Source of the DNA: a virus
IMG/VR virus record: IMGVR_UViG_3300023198_001252
Location: 6,320-70,319 of that record
Reading direction: 5' to 3' (one strand)
Length of the DNA stretch: 64,000 bases
The notes beneath the pieces are model-generated. The model did no database searches and had not been told where the DNA came from. It saw nothing but the letters and a program-made list of their open reading frames with translations. Below, piece by piece: positions 46,294 to 55,825 of this stretch. Each line of letters begins with the position of its first letter. Within the stretch, counting starts at the first letter, position 1. The position numbers and the translations under genes were made by a program.

Positions 46294-48864
46294 TTATCCT
46301 ACACTATGCTTTATACTTTTTTGTATCATTGGTCTATGCAGTAATCTATAGCCCGATTCATCCGCACAATTAGATACTACTATTCCGTGTTCTATACAAA
46401 ATCTTTCATGTGTAGGAACTGTTAAACAATATACATCCTCATTAGATATGCTTTCTCTTTTTATCAAATGTACTAAATTTTGTTTATTTTTTTTTAATTT
46501 AACTAAGAAGAATTTATCTTCTTTTATTCTAATTGCATCGGCTCTTATCCATTTCTGACCTGTATAAAATAAATGGTCTGGTGTACATTTAATTCTCATA
46601 CCATCAGAAAAATATAATTTTATAACTTTTTTATTTTCCCCTACTAGTCTACAATTTCTATATTTTTGATAACCGCTATCTGTTAATACTTTACCCTTTG
46701 TATTTACTAAATCTTTTATAGCAATTTTACCTTTAGTAGTAATTACTTTAGTGTCCCCTGTAAAGCAGTGGTCTTCTTCATCTGTGTTTGAAACTAAAAT
46801 ATTATTTGCGTAATACAATCCTGCTTTTTCGGTTACAAGATTGTAAACCGTTTTTTTATCTTTTATATTTTCAATACTAGTTATACTTATATTTTTAATA
46901 CTCACATTATAACATTTATCAGAATATAGTTTAAAAAAATCATCAGTGATATTATCTTTATATTCTTTAGATATATTCACAATTCTTATCTTCTCTATAA
47001 TCTCTATTATTTCATTACGTGCTACTTTTTTATTTTTTTTATTTAATAGAATATCTTTGTCTAAATAAGATGAAAATAAAATAAAAGGAATTGTAGCAAA
47101 AACACTTAAATAATTAATATTCAACTTATAAGCCAACATACTTTTTGATTTATTCCATTGTACTTTTTCTAGTGTACTATTTATTTTTAAATCCTTTAAC
47201 GCTATTAACCCTTTTCCCGGAACATGTATCTTATGATTTGGTGTACCTTCTAAACTTTCACCATTTGAAAAAGTTACTTTTATTGTTTTACTCATTCCAC
47301 TGCAAATCGATTTTTTAACTTTACATAATCCTATTGGAGTATAAACTAAATCCTTTTTTGTAACATCTTCAATATTTTTAAGTTCTTTTTCAGTTTGAAC
47401 TTTGGTACCGGCAATAAAACAATTAATATCATCAGGATCTTTGTCATCTCTTCCCAATATTGGAACAGTTCTAATAAAAGCTTTACAATCTTCTGTAACA
47501 AATAATCCAGGATCCTCCATTGGGAATTTTAAAGCATCTTTAAACATTGTCCGCATTTTTTCCCATCTTCTCTTCCTACTACCAGGAGATTTATCAGCTT
47601 TTACAAAAATATGATTAGTTCTAGTATTTCCATAACCTTCATTAAGTAATTCAGCTATACTATCATTTTTATGATCTGCGTCAAATATAGAAGAGTCTCC
47701 AGGGCCAGGATTTATTTTAATAATATTAAATGCTTTTTTAATGTGTTGCTCTATTTTTTGAATACCTCTACCTATTTCTTTAGATGTTAATCTCAATCCT
47801 TTATTTTCTAGATTTGGTTGACAGCCATACCATTCCCAAAATCTAATTAATGTACCTTTTGGAAATGTTTTTTGTGCTAATTTTTCTATATAAGATCCAT
47901 CTAATTGTTTAATTTTATATATAATCGAAATAGGAGATCCATCTGTCATAGCCCAATAGCCTACAGAAAAAGGCTTCGATTGTCCATAGTCGAAAGACCT
48001 ATCTATGTACCAGGTATTAGGTATATTTATTCTAGGTAAAATGTGTACTTCTTTATCCCATACATCATCAAACATGCCACCAGCTACAATATCCCATGAA
48101 CCTTCAATCCATGCTTTCCTTATATTTGGATTTTTATTTTGTTCTAAATTTATCTCATACTCAGGATCATTATCTATAAATATTTTATTCTCAGATCTAC
48201 TACTATGTATGTAACAACGTTCACGAATCATTTCTTTTTTTGTGTTAGGGTTTTCTAACTTTTCTTCTATTACTTCACATGATTGATTTTCCGTTATTTT
48301 AAATCTTTTTTTAACCCAAAAATGCCCTTTTCCCCATGGATTACAAGTAGATCTAATCATTTTAGGTATCTCAGGATGTGAGGATCTGCAAATAGAAAAC
48401 ATCATGAGATATAACTCGTCTGTTCTCCAATTAGTTAATTCTTCCCAGCCGATAAAAGGATATGCATGTCCATGATAATTCCAATAATCATCAAGCCTGT
48501 TTGCATATCTAAAATAAAGTACCTCACCTTTTGGAAAAGTCCATTTATAATCAGAAGAATTAAATATCGCTTTTGGAAAAATTTGTTTAAACCACTTTAA
48601 ACTTTTTATCTTTATATCTTCTAAATTTTTATACGTTTCTCGAAAAATTATACCACGCCATTCAGCGCCATAACCTTTCCCAACATGCTGTAAGAAATTC
48701 ATTAAAAGTGCATCGGATTTTCCACCTGACCTATTCCCTTCTACTAGTACTTCAAATATAGGGCATTGTAGTAATAGGTCTTGAGCACCGGGATTAGGTT
48801 GCCAAATAACATTAATTTCTTTATTTAGTGTAGTATTATTATTCATTGATTTGTAATATAACAC
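46294..48864 (-). CDS. terL: terminase large subunit containing two inteins
   Basis: Walker A-like GNRSGGKS, Walker B-like IGWEEL, RSTCNP, RNase H DRSFDYG; two Hint insertions near the C-terminus. Confidence 0.9.
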   Translation of the reverse strand: MLYYKSMNNNTTLNKEINVIWQPNPGAQDLLLQCPIFEVLVEGNRSGGKSDALLMNFLQHVGKGYGAEWRGIIFRETYKNLEDIKIKSLKWFKQIFPKAIFNSSDYKWTFPKGEVLYFRYANRLDDYWNYHGHAYPFIGWEELTNWRTDELYLMMFSICRSSHPEIPKMIRSTCNPWGKGHFWVKKRFKITENQSCEVIEEKLENPNTKKEMIRERCYIHSSRSENKIFIDNDPEYEINLEQNKNPNIRKAWIEGSWDIVAGGMFDDVWDKEVHILPRINIPNTWYIDRSFDYGQSKPFSVGYWAMTDGSPISIIYKIKQLDGSYIEKLAQKTFPKGTLIRFWEWYGCQPNLENKGLRLTSKEIGRGIQKIEQHIKKAFNIIKINPGPGDSSIFDADHKNDSIAELLNEGYGNTRTNHIFVKADKSPGSRKRRWEKMRTMFKDALKFPMEDPGLFVTEDCKAFIRTVPILGRDDKDPDDINCFIAGTKVQTEKELKNIEDVTKKDLVYTPIGLCKVKKSICSGMSKTIKVTFSNGESLEGTPNHKIHVPGKGLIALKDLKINSTLEKVQWNKSKSMLAYKLNINYLSVFATIPFILFSSYLDKDILLNKKNKKVARNEIIEIIEKIRIVNISKEYKDNITDDFFKLYSDKCYNVSIKNISITSIENIKDKKTVYNLVTEKAGLYYANNILVSNTDEEDHCFTGDTKVITTKGKIAIKDLVNTKGKVLTDSGYQKYRNCRLVGENKKVIKLYFSDGMRIKCTPDHLFYTGQKWIRADAIRIKEDKFFLVKLKKNKQNLVHLIKRESISNEDVYCLTVPTHERFCIEHGIVVSNCADESGYRLLHRPMIQKSIKHSVG
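46369..46767 (-). other. mini-intein 2 in TerL (133 aa)
   Basis: CFTGDTKV...IKCTPDHLF...VYCLTVPTHERFCIEHGIVVSN / +1 Cys. Confidence 0.85.
46786..47421 (-). other. intein 1 in TerL (212 aa)
   Basis: CFIAGTKV...LEGTPNHKI...VYNLVTEKAGLYYANNILVSN / +1 Thr. Confidence 0.85.
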
Positions 48865-48895
48865 AATATTTTATTAATTGCAAGTATGAGATTTT

Positions 48896-48932
48896 GTTTC
48901 AATCCTTATTTTATCGTATTAGCTACTTCACC
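48896..48932 (-). CRISPR. single 37-nt CRISPR-type repeat with leader-like upstream sequence
   Basis: GGTGAAGTAGCTAATACGATAAAATAAGGATTGAAAC; its 3' half pairs with AATCTTATTTTAT in the nearby tracr-like RNA. Confidence 0.65.
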
Positions 48933-49071
48933 CCTTTTTGACACTTTTCCGCACACTTTTGATATGTAAAAACATGAGAAAAACGCTAAATAATTACAAA
49001 TACGGCTTGATATAACATTTCGGTTTTTACCGAACTCAAAAATCACCTATAGCAATATTTCGGTTTTTACT

Positions 49072-49160
49072 AAACATAAAATAAGATTAGTGAGTACAAT
49101 TCTTTCGATACCATCTCACCTTAAGGACGTAAAACCGCCCCACATGTATACAACATGTTT
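49072..49160 (-). ncRNA. tracrRNA-like scaffold of the Cas12f-like locus
   Basis: Stem GGGCG/CGTCC with GTTTTA loop, GTGAG/CTCAC stem, anti-repeat at 49088-49076. Confidence 0.7.
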
Positions 49161-49199
49161 ATTACGTGAAAATTCTTTTACACCCCCTTTGACAATAAT

Positions 49200-49275
49200 G
49201 ATTATTCACTTGTTACGTTTCAATCATTATTTTCTATGTATAGTACTTGTTTGTTTCAATCTTTACTCTCTACAA
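49200..49275 (-). CRISPR. two degenerate repeat handles ending GATTGAAAC, 36 nt apart
   Basis: GTTTCAATC on the + strand at 49217 and 49253. Confidence 0.5.
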
Positions 49276-49280
49276 TAATA

Positions 49281-49309
49281 ATTGTAGCAAAATCAGTATA
49301 ATAAGTCAA
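49281..49309 (-). promoter_or_regulatory. promoter for the ncRNA region
   Basis: TTGACT-17-TACAAT immediately after the Cas12f-like stop. Confidence 0.7.
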
Positions 49310-49324
49310 GTATTATTTTAATTA

Positions 49325-50516
49325 TTATACAACCTTCACCGACTGAGCAATATTAACAGCAGCGTTATAATCTCGATCAAGTTCCTCATTACATTCAGGG
49401 CATATATATTTCCTGTCACTTATTTTAATTTCCTTATTGATAAATCCACACTTATTACATGTTTTTGTAGTATTTTTAGGATTAACATATACAGTAGCTA
49501 TCCCATTCATTTTAGCTTTATACTCAATGTAACTTTGTAATTCATAATAAGTCCAATTCCTTCTAACCCATTCATTCTTTTTATCCGGCATTTTTTCAAT
49601 TAAACTCAATTTTTCAAGTTTAATAATCCTGGCTTTATGCCTTAATGCAAATTTTATAATTTCACAACTTACTCGATGGTTTACTGTTTTTACAAAATTA
49701 CGTTCTTTGTTTTTAAATTTTTCAATTACTTTTGTTTTCTTTTTTCGGCCTTTGCCTCCATGTGCAATTTTTATGTTTCTTTGCATTTGCTTTAACTGTT
49801 TTTGTAGACGTTGTCTAGTAATATAATAACTTTCATTATTATTCTTATGTCCTCCAATAAATGCACGTTGTAGCCCCTTAGATAATGCACAAACTGCTAA
49901 TGTAGAGATTCCAATATCTACACCTACGCTTAATGTAGAATCTAGTTTATTAGGTGTAACTGGAATATCTACACAAAGATTAAGGAACCATTTATTTTTA
50001 GTTTTATGATGTTGGATAGAAGAGCCACACGCTTTATAGTTACCTTCTATGATTTGTTCTATAATGTACTGGTTATTTGATTTATCCCTTCCAAACTTTA
50101 AATTAAATTTAATCTTTTCTTGCCATTTTAAATGTATTTCTTTATCTATTTGTATAAAAGGTTTACCTTCTTTTGTAAATGGAAAATAAATAGGAAATCC
50201 AAGCCTTCTATAATTTCTTAAACTTCTATCACCTCTTAAAATTTCTTTTATGTCTGCTTTAAATTGCCCTTGAATATTTTGAGCAATACAAGCTCTTATA
50301 GCTGTTTGATATTTTATAGGAAATATTCTGTGCTGAACCTGAATTATATAAAGACTTTACATAATCATTTATAATTTTTTTATCTTCTTCAACATTTTCT
50401 TTTATTTTATTTGTTAATTTTAAATTCATATATAAATCAGACATAATCCCATTCGCTAATGTATATGAATTATAAGATAAATCATGTAATCTTTTATGGT
50501 AACTATATATATTCAT
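49325..50516 (-). pseudogene. Cas12f-like / TnpB nuclease in three reading-frame pieces
   Basis: Joined translation: FKADIKEILRGDRSLRNYR, FGRDKSNN, KNKWFLNL, RuvC-I VGVDIG, RuvC-II IKLEKL, WTYYELQSYIEYKA, TTKTCNKCG, RuvC-III DRDYNAAVNIA; frameshifts near 50312 and 49823. Confidence 0.85.
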
Positions 50517-50540
50517 GTACTAAATAATAAAACAGAAACA

Positions 50541-50573
50541 AAAGAGCACTATAATTTATATATAGTGCTCTTT
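50541..50573. terminator. 13-bp stem terminator after KilA-N
   Basis: AAAGAGCACTATA-7 nt-TATAGTGCTCTTT. Confidence 0.75.
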
Positions 50574-50579
50574 GTCATT

Positions 50580-51524
50580 TTAATCAATAATTGTTTTAGT
50601 GGTGCCTTTTGGAAGCTCTGCTATAACTTTTTTTAGATATGGTAATATGCTTTTATCTTTTTTAGAGAAATAATCGAGTCCTTTTTGCTGTAGCCAAATT
50701 TGATTGAAATATAATCGAAATTCCGTTATTATTTCATTTGGGTATAACCTTGCATATACGGGAGCTCTTTTTCCGTCATCAAATTCATGCCGATATGAAG
50801 GGAAATTATCAGGTTCATATCCATTATCTCTACACCATTTTGAGAACATTCTTCCCATAGAAATATCAGGCATTAAGTTGGTCGGCAAAATATAGCCGTG
50901 TTGTTCTAACGGCGCGACAAGTCGAAGAGTCATTTCGTCTAACATTGAAAAGTGCGTATGTGGAATTCTAGATCTATTTATTAAGTAACGTCTAATGTGA
51001 TAAGGAATTTTATACTGTGTTTTTTGAGTTCCTTCCATCCATTCAAATACCCATTTAGAAACTAAATTTGCAAATTTTGCAGAAGCCCATTGCCCTAAAT
51101 TTACAGCAACTCGAGGATGTACCCATGTACCCTGTTCTTTTTTGCGGTTTCCACCTTTAACCTTTTGAACTAATTCCGATATGGGAATTCCCATATCGGA
51201 AGACACCTCTTCTAAAAACTCATTAGTATTCTTAAGTCTATCATAGTCTGCATATTTTTTACCACATGCTGTACACAATTCTGTAGCATTAATGTACCCG
51301 TCATACGCTCTTTGGTTTATTCTTACTGTGTCTACTTCATGTTCAATAAATGGTAATAATCCCTGTCCTGTCTCATCAAATTTAATTTCGCTAATAATGT
51401 ACCTCCTAGTACTTTTATTGTTTTGTGTATTTATTATACCAATAGCAAATACAAAAGTCAAATTTATTATGTTTATTTTCTTAAAATTATTTTTATAGTT
51501 TTTAAACTTTTTATAAAGTGACAC
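50580..51524 (-). CDS. KilA-N domain protein (true start probably downstream of 51524)
   Basis: DGYINATELC, QGTWVHPRVAVNLGQWAS. Confidence 0.9.
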   Translation of the reverse strand: MSLYKKFKNYKNNFKKINIINLTFVFAIGIINTQNNKSTRRYIISEIKFDETGQGLLPFIEHEVDTVRINQRAYDGYINATELCTACGKKYADYDRLKNTNEFLEEVSSDMGIPISELVQKVKGGNRKKEQGTWVHPRVAVNLGQWASAKFANLVSKWVFEWMEGTQKTQYKIPYHIRRYLINRSRIPHTHFSMLDEMTLRLVAPLEQHGYILPTNLMPDISMGRMFSKWCRDNGYEPDNFPSYRHEFDDGKRAPVYARLYPNEIITEFRLYFNQIWLQQKGLDYFSKKDKSILPYLKKVIAELPKGTTKTIID

Positions 51525-51570
51525 TATATGTCACCACTCCGGTATTATATTATATATAAGGAGTTGTTAA

Positions 51571-52476
51571 ATGTTTGATTTGTTAAAATTTGAGAGTATA
51601 TTACAGTTAATAGAAGCTTTCCCAACTGAATTAAGTTGTTATATCTACTTAGAATCTCTTTTATGGTATGATGGGATTGTATGTCCTCATTGTGGATCTA
51701 CTCATAAGTTTTGGAGACTCAAAGATCAAAGAATGCTTAAATGTTCAGTATGTAAAATGAGGTTTACAGTTAAAACCGGTACTGTATTTGAAGAAACTCG
51801 TTTATCACTTCGTAAATGGTTTGTAGCTATCTTTTTAATCAGTGTACATTCTAAAGGCATTTCAAGCGTTCAATTATCAAAGGATTTAAGAATTACACAA
51901 AAAACAGCATGGTTTTTAAATCATAGAATTCGTTTCATAATGAACTCATTTAATGAAGGTGAAAAATTAACCGGTATTATCGAAGTTGATGAACATTATG
52001 CCGGTGGAGTTGAAAAGAATAAACACACAGACAAAAAGACACCCAATAATCAAGGCCGTTCTACAAAGACTAAAACTGCCGTATTTGGTATGGTTGAAAG
52101 AGCGGAAAAAGACGAAAGTGGTAATAAAATAAAAAATGCAAAAGTAATTGCTTATAAAGTTGATAATGTAAAGACTAAAACCTTAACCAATGAAATTGAA
52201 AACAATGTAGAAGCTGGCGCAAAAGTAATGAGTGACGAATATCAAAGTTACCGAAAATTAGGCTATACTTTTAAACACCAATATATAAGACATAACAGTG
52301 CTGAATACGTAAGAGGAAATGTACACACAAACACAATAGAGGGATTTTGGGGACTGTTTAAGAGGATGTTTATAGGTATCTATCATTTAATGAGTAATAA
52401 GCATATAAACCGCTATTTATCAGCTTTAGCCTTTAGGTATAATATTATCATCCTTATTTTCTTATACCTTACCTAG
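51571..52476 (+). mobile_element. IS1595-family transposase, probably 3'-clipped
   Basis: Zn ribbon CPHCG...CSVC, IIEVDEHY, VMSDEY, HTNTIEGFW, RYL...FRYN then unrelated sequence. Confidence 0.85.
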
Positions 52477-52628
52477 CTAATTCATATACTTGATCTAATT
52501 TTATAATCTCAGCTTTTGTATAGTATTTTTCATCACTATTTACATCGACTATATAATTATTTGCTTCGACTATATCATTAAATATTTTTAATTCTGCATA
52601 ATTCACATCTTCACGCTTTCCACTTATT

Positions 52629-53015
52629 TTAAAAAATATAAAAATCTCTATCCTTATTTTTCCAATCTACTGTAATCAAGTAATAACCAGTTTTTATATT
52701 GAAATAACACCTTTTATCATTAACAAAAAATCCATAACTTTTTAATTTACTTATATCATTATCATAACAAAACTGTAAACTTTTAGGTTTTACTTGTTTT
52801 TCCTCAACATCAAATCTAAAACATAACATTTGTTTATGCCTATTAACAATCATAGTACTATAAAAAAAATCTTCATCTTCTTTTAAGCTAAAATAACACT
52901 GTTGAAAATGTGTTTTTAATTTTTCTTTACTTAACCTTTTAATAATTACTATAAATCCTGTTAATGTTATTACGTTAAATAATAGACTAATAATTATTCT
53001 AAATAGAATAAACAT
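52629..53015 (-). CDS. hypothetical membrane-anchored protein
   Basis: N-terminal TM segment. Confidence 0.6.
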   Translation of the reverse strand: MFILFRIIISLLFNVITLTGFIVIIKRLSKEKLKTHFQQCYFSLKEDEDFFYSTMIVNRHKQMLCFRFDVEEKQVKPKSLQFCYDNDISKLKSYGFFVNDKRCYFNIKTGYYLITVDWKNKDRDFYIF

Positions 53016-53211
53016 ATTTATACCATCCTTATATTCTTATACCTTGTTTTTAAAATCTGAAAATATTCAATTGTCATTAGTATAAAAACCAAAACTTTTC
53101 AATATACTTATATCATCAGCATAACAAACCTCTTCAATAAGAAGAACACATCTAGCTAATTCATATACTTGATCTAATTCTATATTTTCAAATTTTGTAT
53201 AATATTTTTTA

Positions 53212-53619
53212 TTATTGTTTACAGTCTTCTTTTAGTTCCGCTATCTCTTTTTCTAACTCTTTAATAGTTGCAGTTAATCCAGCTTCTGACAAACTTAATG
53301 TTACATTTTCTGATTTAAGATCCTCAATTTCTTCTTCCAATTCACTATTACTTTCTTCTATTTTATCTATTTTATTTTCAAAATCACCATTACTTTCTTC
53401 TAACTCTTCAATCCTATCTTCCATATCATCCACATCTATATTTAATGTTCTATTATATGCAACTATAAACCCATTAATCATATTACTTACTGCTTTTATA
53501 TTATTTTCAGTAGGCCCTAATTTTCTTAACATTGTACACAAAATATCAGGGATTTCAGACATAGTAAAATCACAGTCTAATTGTTCTAATATTTTTATTT
53601 TTAATTGATCTTTTGTCAT
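53212..53619 (-). CDS. acidic coiled-coil protein
   Basis: Heptad repeats IEELEE...IEESNSELEEEIEDLK. Confidence 0.7.
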   Translation of the reverse strand: MTKDQLKIKILEQLDCDFTMSEIPDILCTMLRKLGPTENNIKAVSNMINGFIVAYNRTLNIDVDDMEDRIEELEESNGDFENKIDKIEESNSELEEEIEDLKSENVTLSLSEAGLTATIKELEKEIAELKEDCKQ

Positions 53620-54357
53620 TATTTATTTACTCCTTTTCTTTGTATATCCACATATTTTACGTCTTTTCTGTATACAGTTTATACAATATTTACAAACTAC
53701 TTTTAGGCTACACCGAATACATACACACTTTCTACACATCCTCTTTATTATCCTGCTCTATGCATTCCTTACATCTATATGGTGTAATTGATAAGTATTT
53801 ACTTTCAACCAACACTTTTTTAAATGCTTTACATTTTATTCTGGATCTATCTGCTGTAAAATAATCACAATCTACATCACATATCCTATTAGTTTTTATT
53901 CTTATTCTAAACATATTTTTTACCCTCTCATAATATCTAAAAAATTATTTTTGTCCTCAAATAAAATCACTCGCCTAATATTAAATATATGTATTTTAAC
54001 TAAATAAGTCAAGTATTATTTTATGATATTTTTCCAAAAGATACAATTTATACAAAAACAATTTTAGTCCATATTAAACATTTTATTTATAGCATAGGTA
54101 CTTTTTATATCTCTTTCCAATTTAAGATTTTTTATTTTATTACTTTTTGCTTTTATTAATGCTTTATATTGCTTAAAAATGTTTACTTCTTTTTTATTTG
54201 TTTTATTAGTCATTTAACCCTCCGAATTTATAAATACATTTTGAGGATCTTTTAATAATAGGATCTTTTAATAAGGAACATTCATATAATCTACAATATG
54301 GTGTATTATCTCCTGTTAATGCTGTGCACCACTCATTACAAAACCATGAATTAAATC

Positions 54358-55095
54358 TTATGTAATACTGATTATATTTTTTTTCTGTTGCCATTTTTTA
54401 ATCTCCCCATTTCTTTTAAAATAATAAAAATCATGTATACTTCTAATTTTTCTATCTTTTAGCAAACGTAAATATTCTACATAATCTATAGAATACATCC
54501 ACCTATATCCCCCGGCTGTTCTAGTCCCTGTAGAAACTACTAAACTGACCGCTTGCCTTGTTAAACCTATAGCTTTTGCTGCTTCTACCTGACTAGAATA
54601 TTTTGCTATATATGTCATATCCTTAGTTAGTTGTATAAGTTCATATTTCTTTTTGTATTCTTTTTGTCTAAACTCTTTTTCTTCTTTTATTTTATTTTTC
54701 TGTAAAACTGAACAATTAACATATCCAAAATAAGGACCAAGTAATCTATGATAGTGTAACAAACTTGCATAATCCTTATTTAATTTTTGAGCAACAATTT
54801 TTATCTTGCACCTATCAAAATAAGAATACACAATAAATTTAAAAAGCTTCAAATAAGATATCTGTTTTTGGTGTAAAATAGTGCGTGTTTTTGGTGAAAA
54901 ATTTGTTACACAATTACTACAGTAAAAACTCTGTTTGTATATAGAAGAAGGACGTATTTTGTCCTTCTTTCCACAACTACTACAGGTAACACCATCCGGC
55001 CATCTTAATTTACAAAAAAAAGTATAAGCATCTTCTTCATTGTCTATTTCTCTAATTTTATCAATATTAAACTTTAAAGAGCTTATTAAGTTCAT
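54358..55095 (-). CDS. fusion of an IS1595-type Zn-ribbon/HTH to a NUMOD1 domain
   Basis: EEDAYTFFCKLRWPDGVTCSSCG...CSNC...KTRT, then YSSQVEAAKAIG...TAGGYRWMY. Confidence 0.7.
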   Translation of the reverse strand: MNLISSLKFNIDKIREIDNEEDAYTFFCKLRWPDGVTCSSCGKKDKIRPSSIYKQSFYCSNCVTNFSPKTRTILHQKQISYLKLFKFIVYSYFDRCKIKIVAQKLNKDYASLLHYHRLLGPYFGYVNCSVLQKNKIKEEKEFRQKEYKKKYELIQLTKDMTYIAKYSSQVEAAKAIGLTRQAVSLVVSTGTRTAGGYRWMYSIDYVEYLRLLKDRKIRSIHDFYYFKRNGEIKKWQQKKNIISIT

Positions 55096-55825
55096 GCACT
55101 AACTCCTTTTCATTATCTATCATATTTAATTTATGTATATGATCATAGTATTTATCTTTGTTGATAAAAGTATTAGTTTGTTCTAGGCAGGTATACAAAG
55201 CCGAAAGCATATACACATTACTATGAATTCTTTTTTTATGTAGTTCAGCTACTAGACATAAAATATCTATAATCATATCCTCTTTCTTTTCAACATATTT
55301 AAAAAATCCTTGTTCAAAACTTGTTATAGTATTTTGAATGTATGCATATTTAAATAAGTCTAATAACATTTTTATATTTCCATATTTAGCAAATAATATA
55401 TTTAATTTAATATAATCATTATATTGTAAACTGCAATATAATTTTAAATAATCTAATTTTCCCCATGTCTTTTTCTGTGTATTGTACTCAATAATTCTTT
55501 TCCCTATTTGAGTATCTGTCATATCTGTAAGATCCTCAACTACACAAGTATAACTAATATTAACACCACCTTTTAATAATGTTTGCTGTGCTGTATATCT
55601 ATGTTGACCATCTATGATAATCCATACACCTTCTTTTTGATACCAACCGATAATTATTGGTTCTGTCTGTCGCCAACCTTCTTTTTCCATAGATTTAATT
55701 AAAGGGGTTAATGTACGTTCTTGTATATCCCTATTATGTTTAAATAAGACTAACGCCTCCTTTTTTATATACATTTTTGTTGCTGATTCTGTAAAGTCTT
55801 GTAAGCTAATATTGTTGTTTTCCAT
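55067..55825 (-). CDS. ParB/Srx-like N-terminal domain protein
   Basis: HNRDI...EPIIIG...IIDGQHRY. Confidence 0.75.
   Translation of the reverse strand: MENNNISLQDFTESATKMYIKKEALVLFKHNRDIQERTLTPLIKSMEKEGWRQTEPIIIGWYQKEGVWIIIDGQHRYTAQQTLLKGGVNISYTCVVEDLTDMTDTQIGKRIIEYNTQKKTWGKLDYLKLYCSLQYNDYIKLNILFAKYGNIKMLLDLFKYAYIQNTITSFEQGFFKYVEKKEDMIIDILCLVAELHKKRIHSNVYMLSALYTCLEQTNTFINKDKYYDHIHKLNMIDNEKELVHELNKLFKV

Noticed and set aside
19499-48214. Plus-strand ORFs of 60-130 aa opposite the virion genes
   Set aside because: Antisense shadows of long minus-strand genes, with no RBS or recognisable motifs
48896-49275. A conventional multi-spacer CRISPR array or adaptation module
   Set aside because: Only one full repeat and two partial handles; no cas1, cas2 or cas4 in the window
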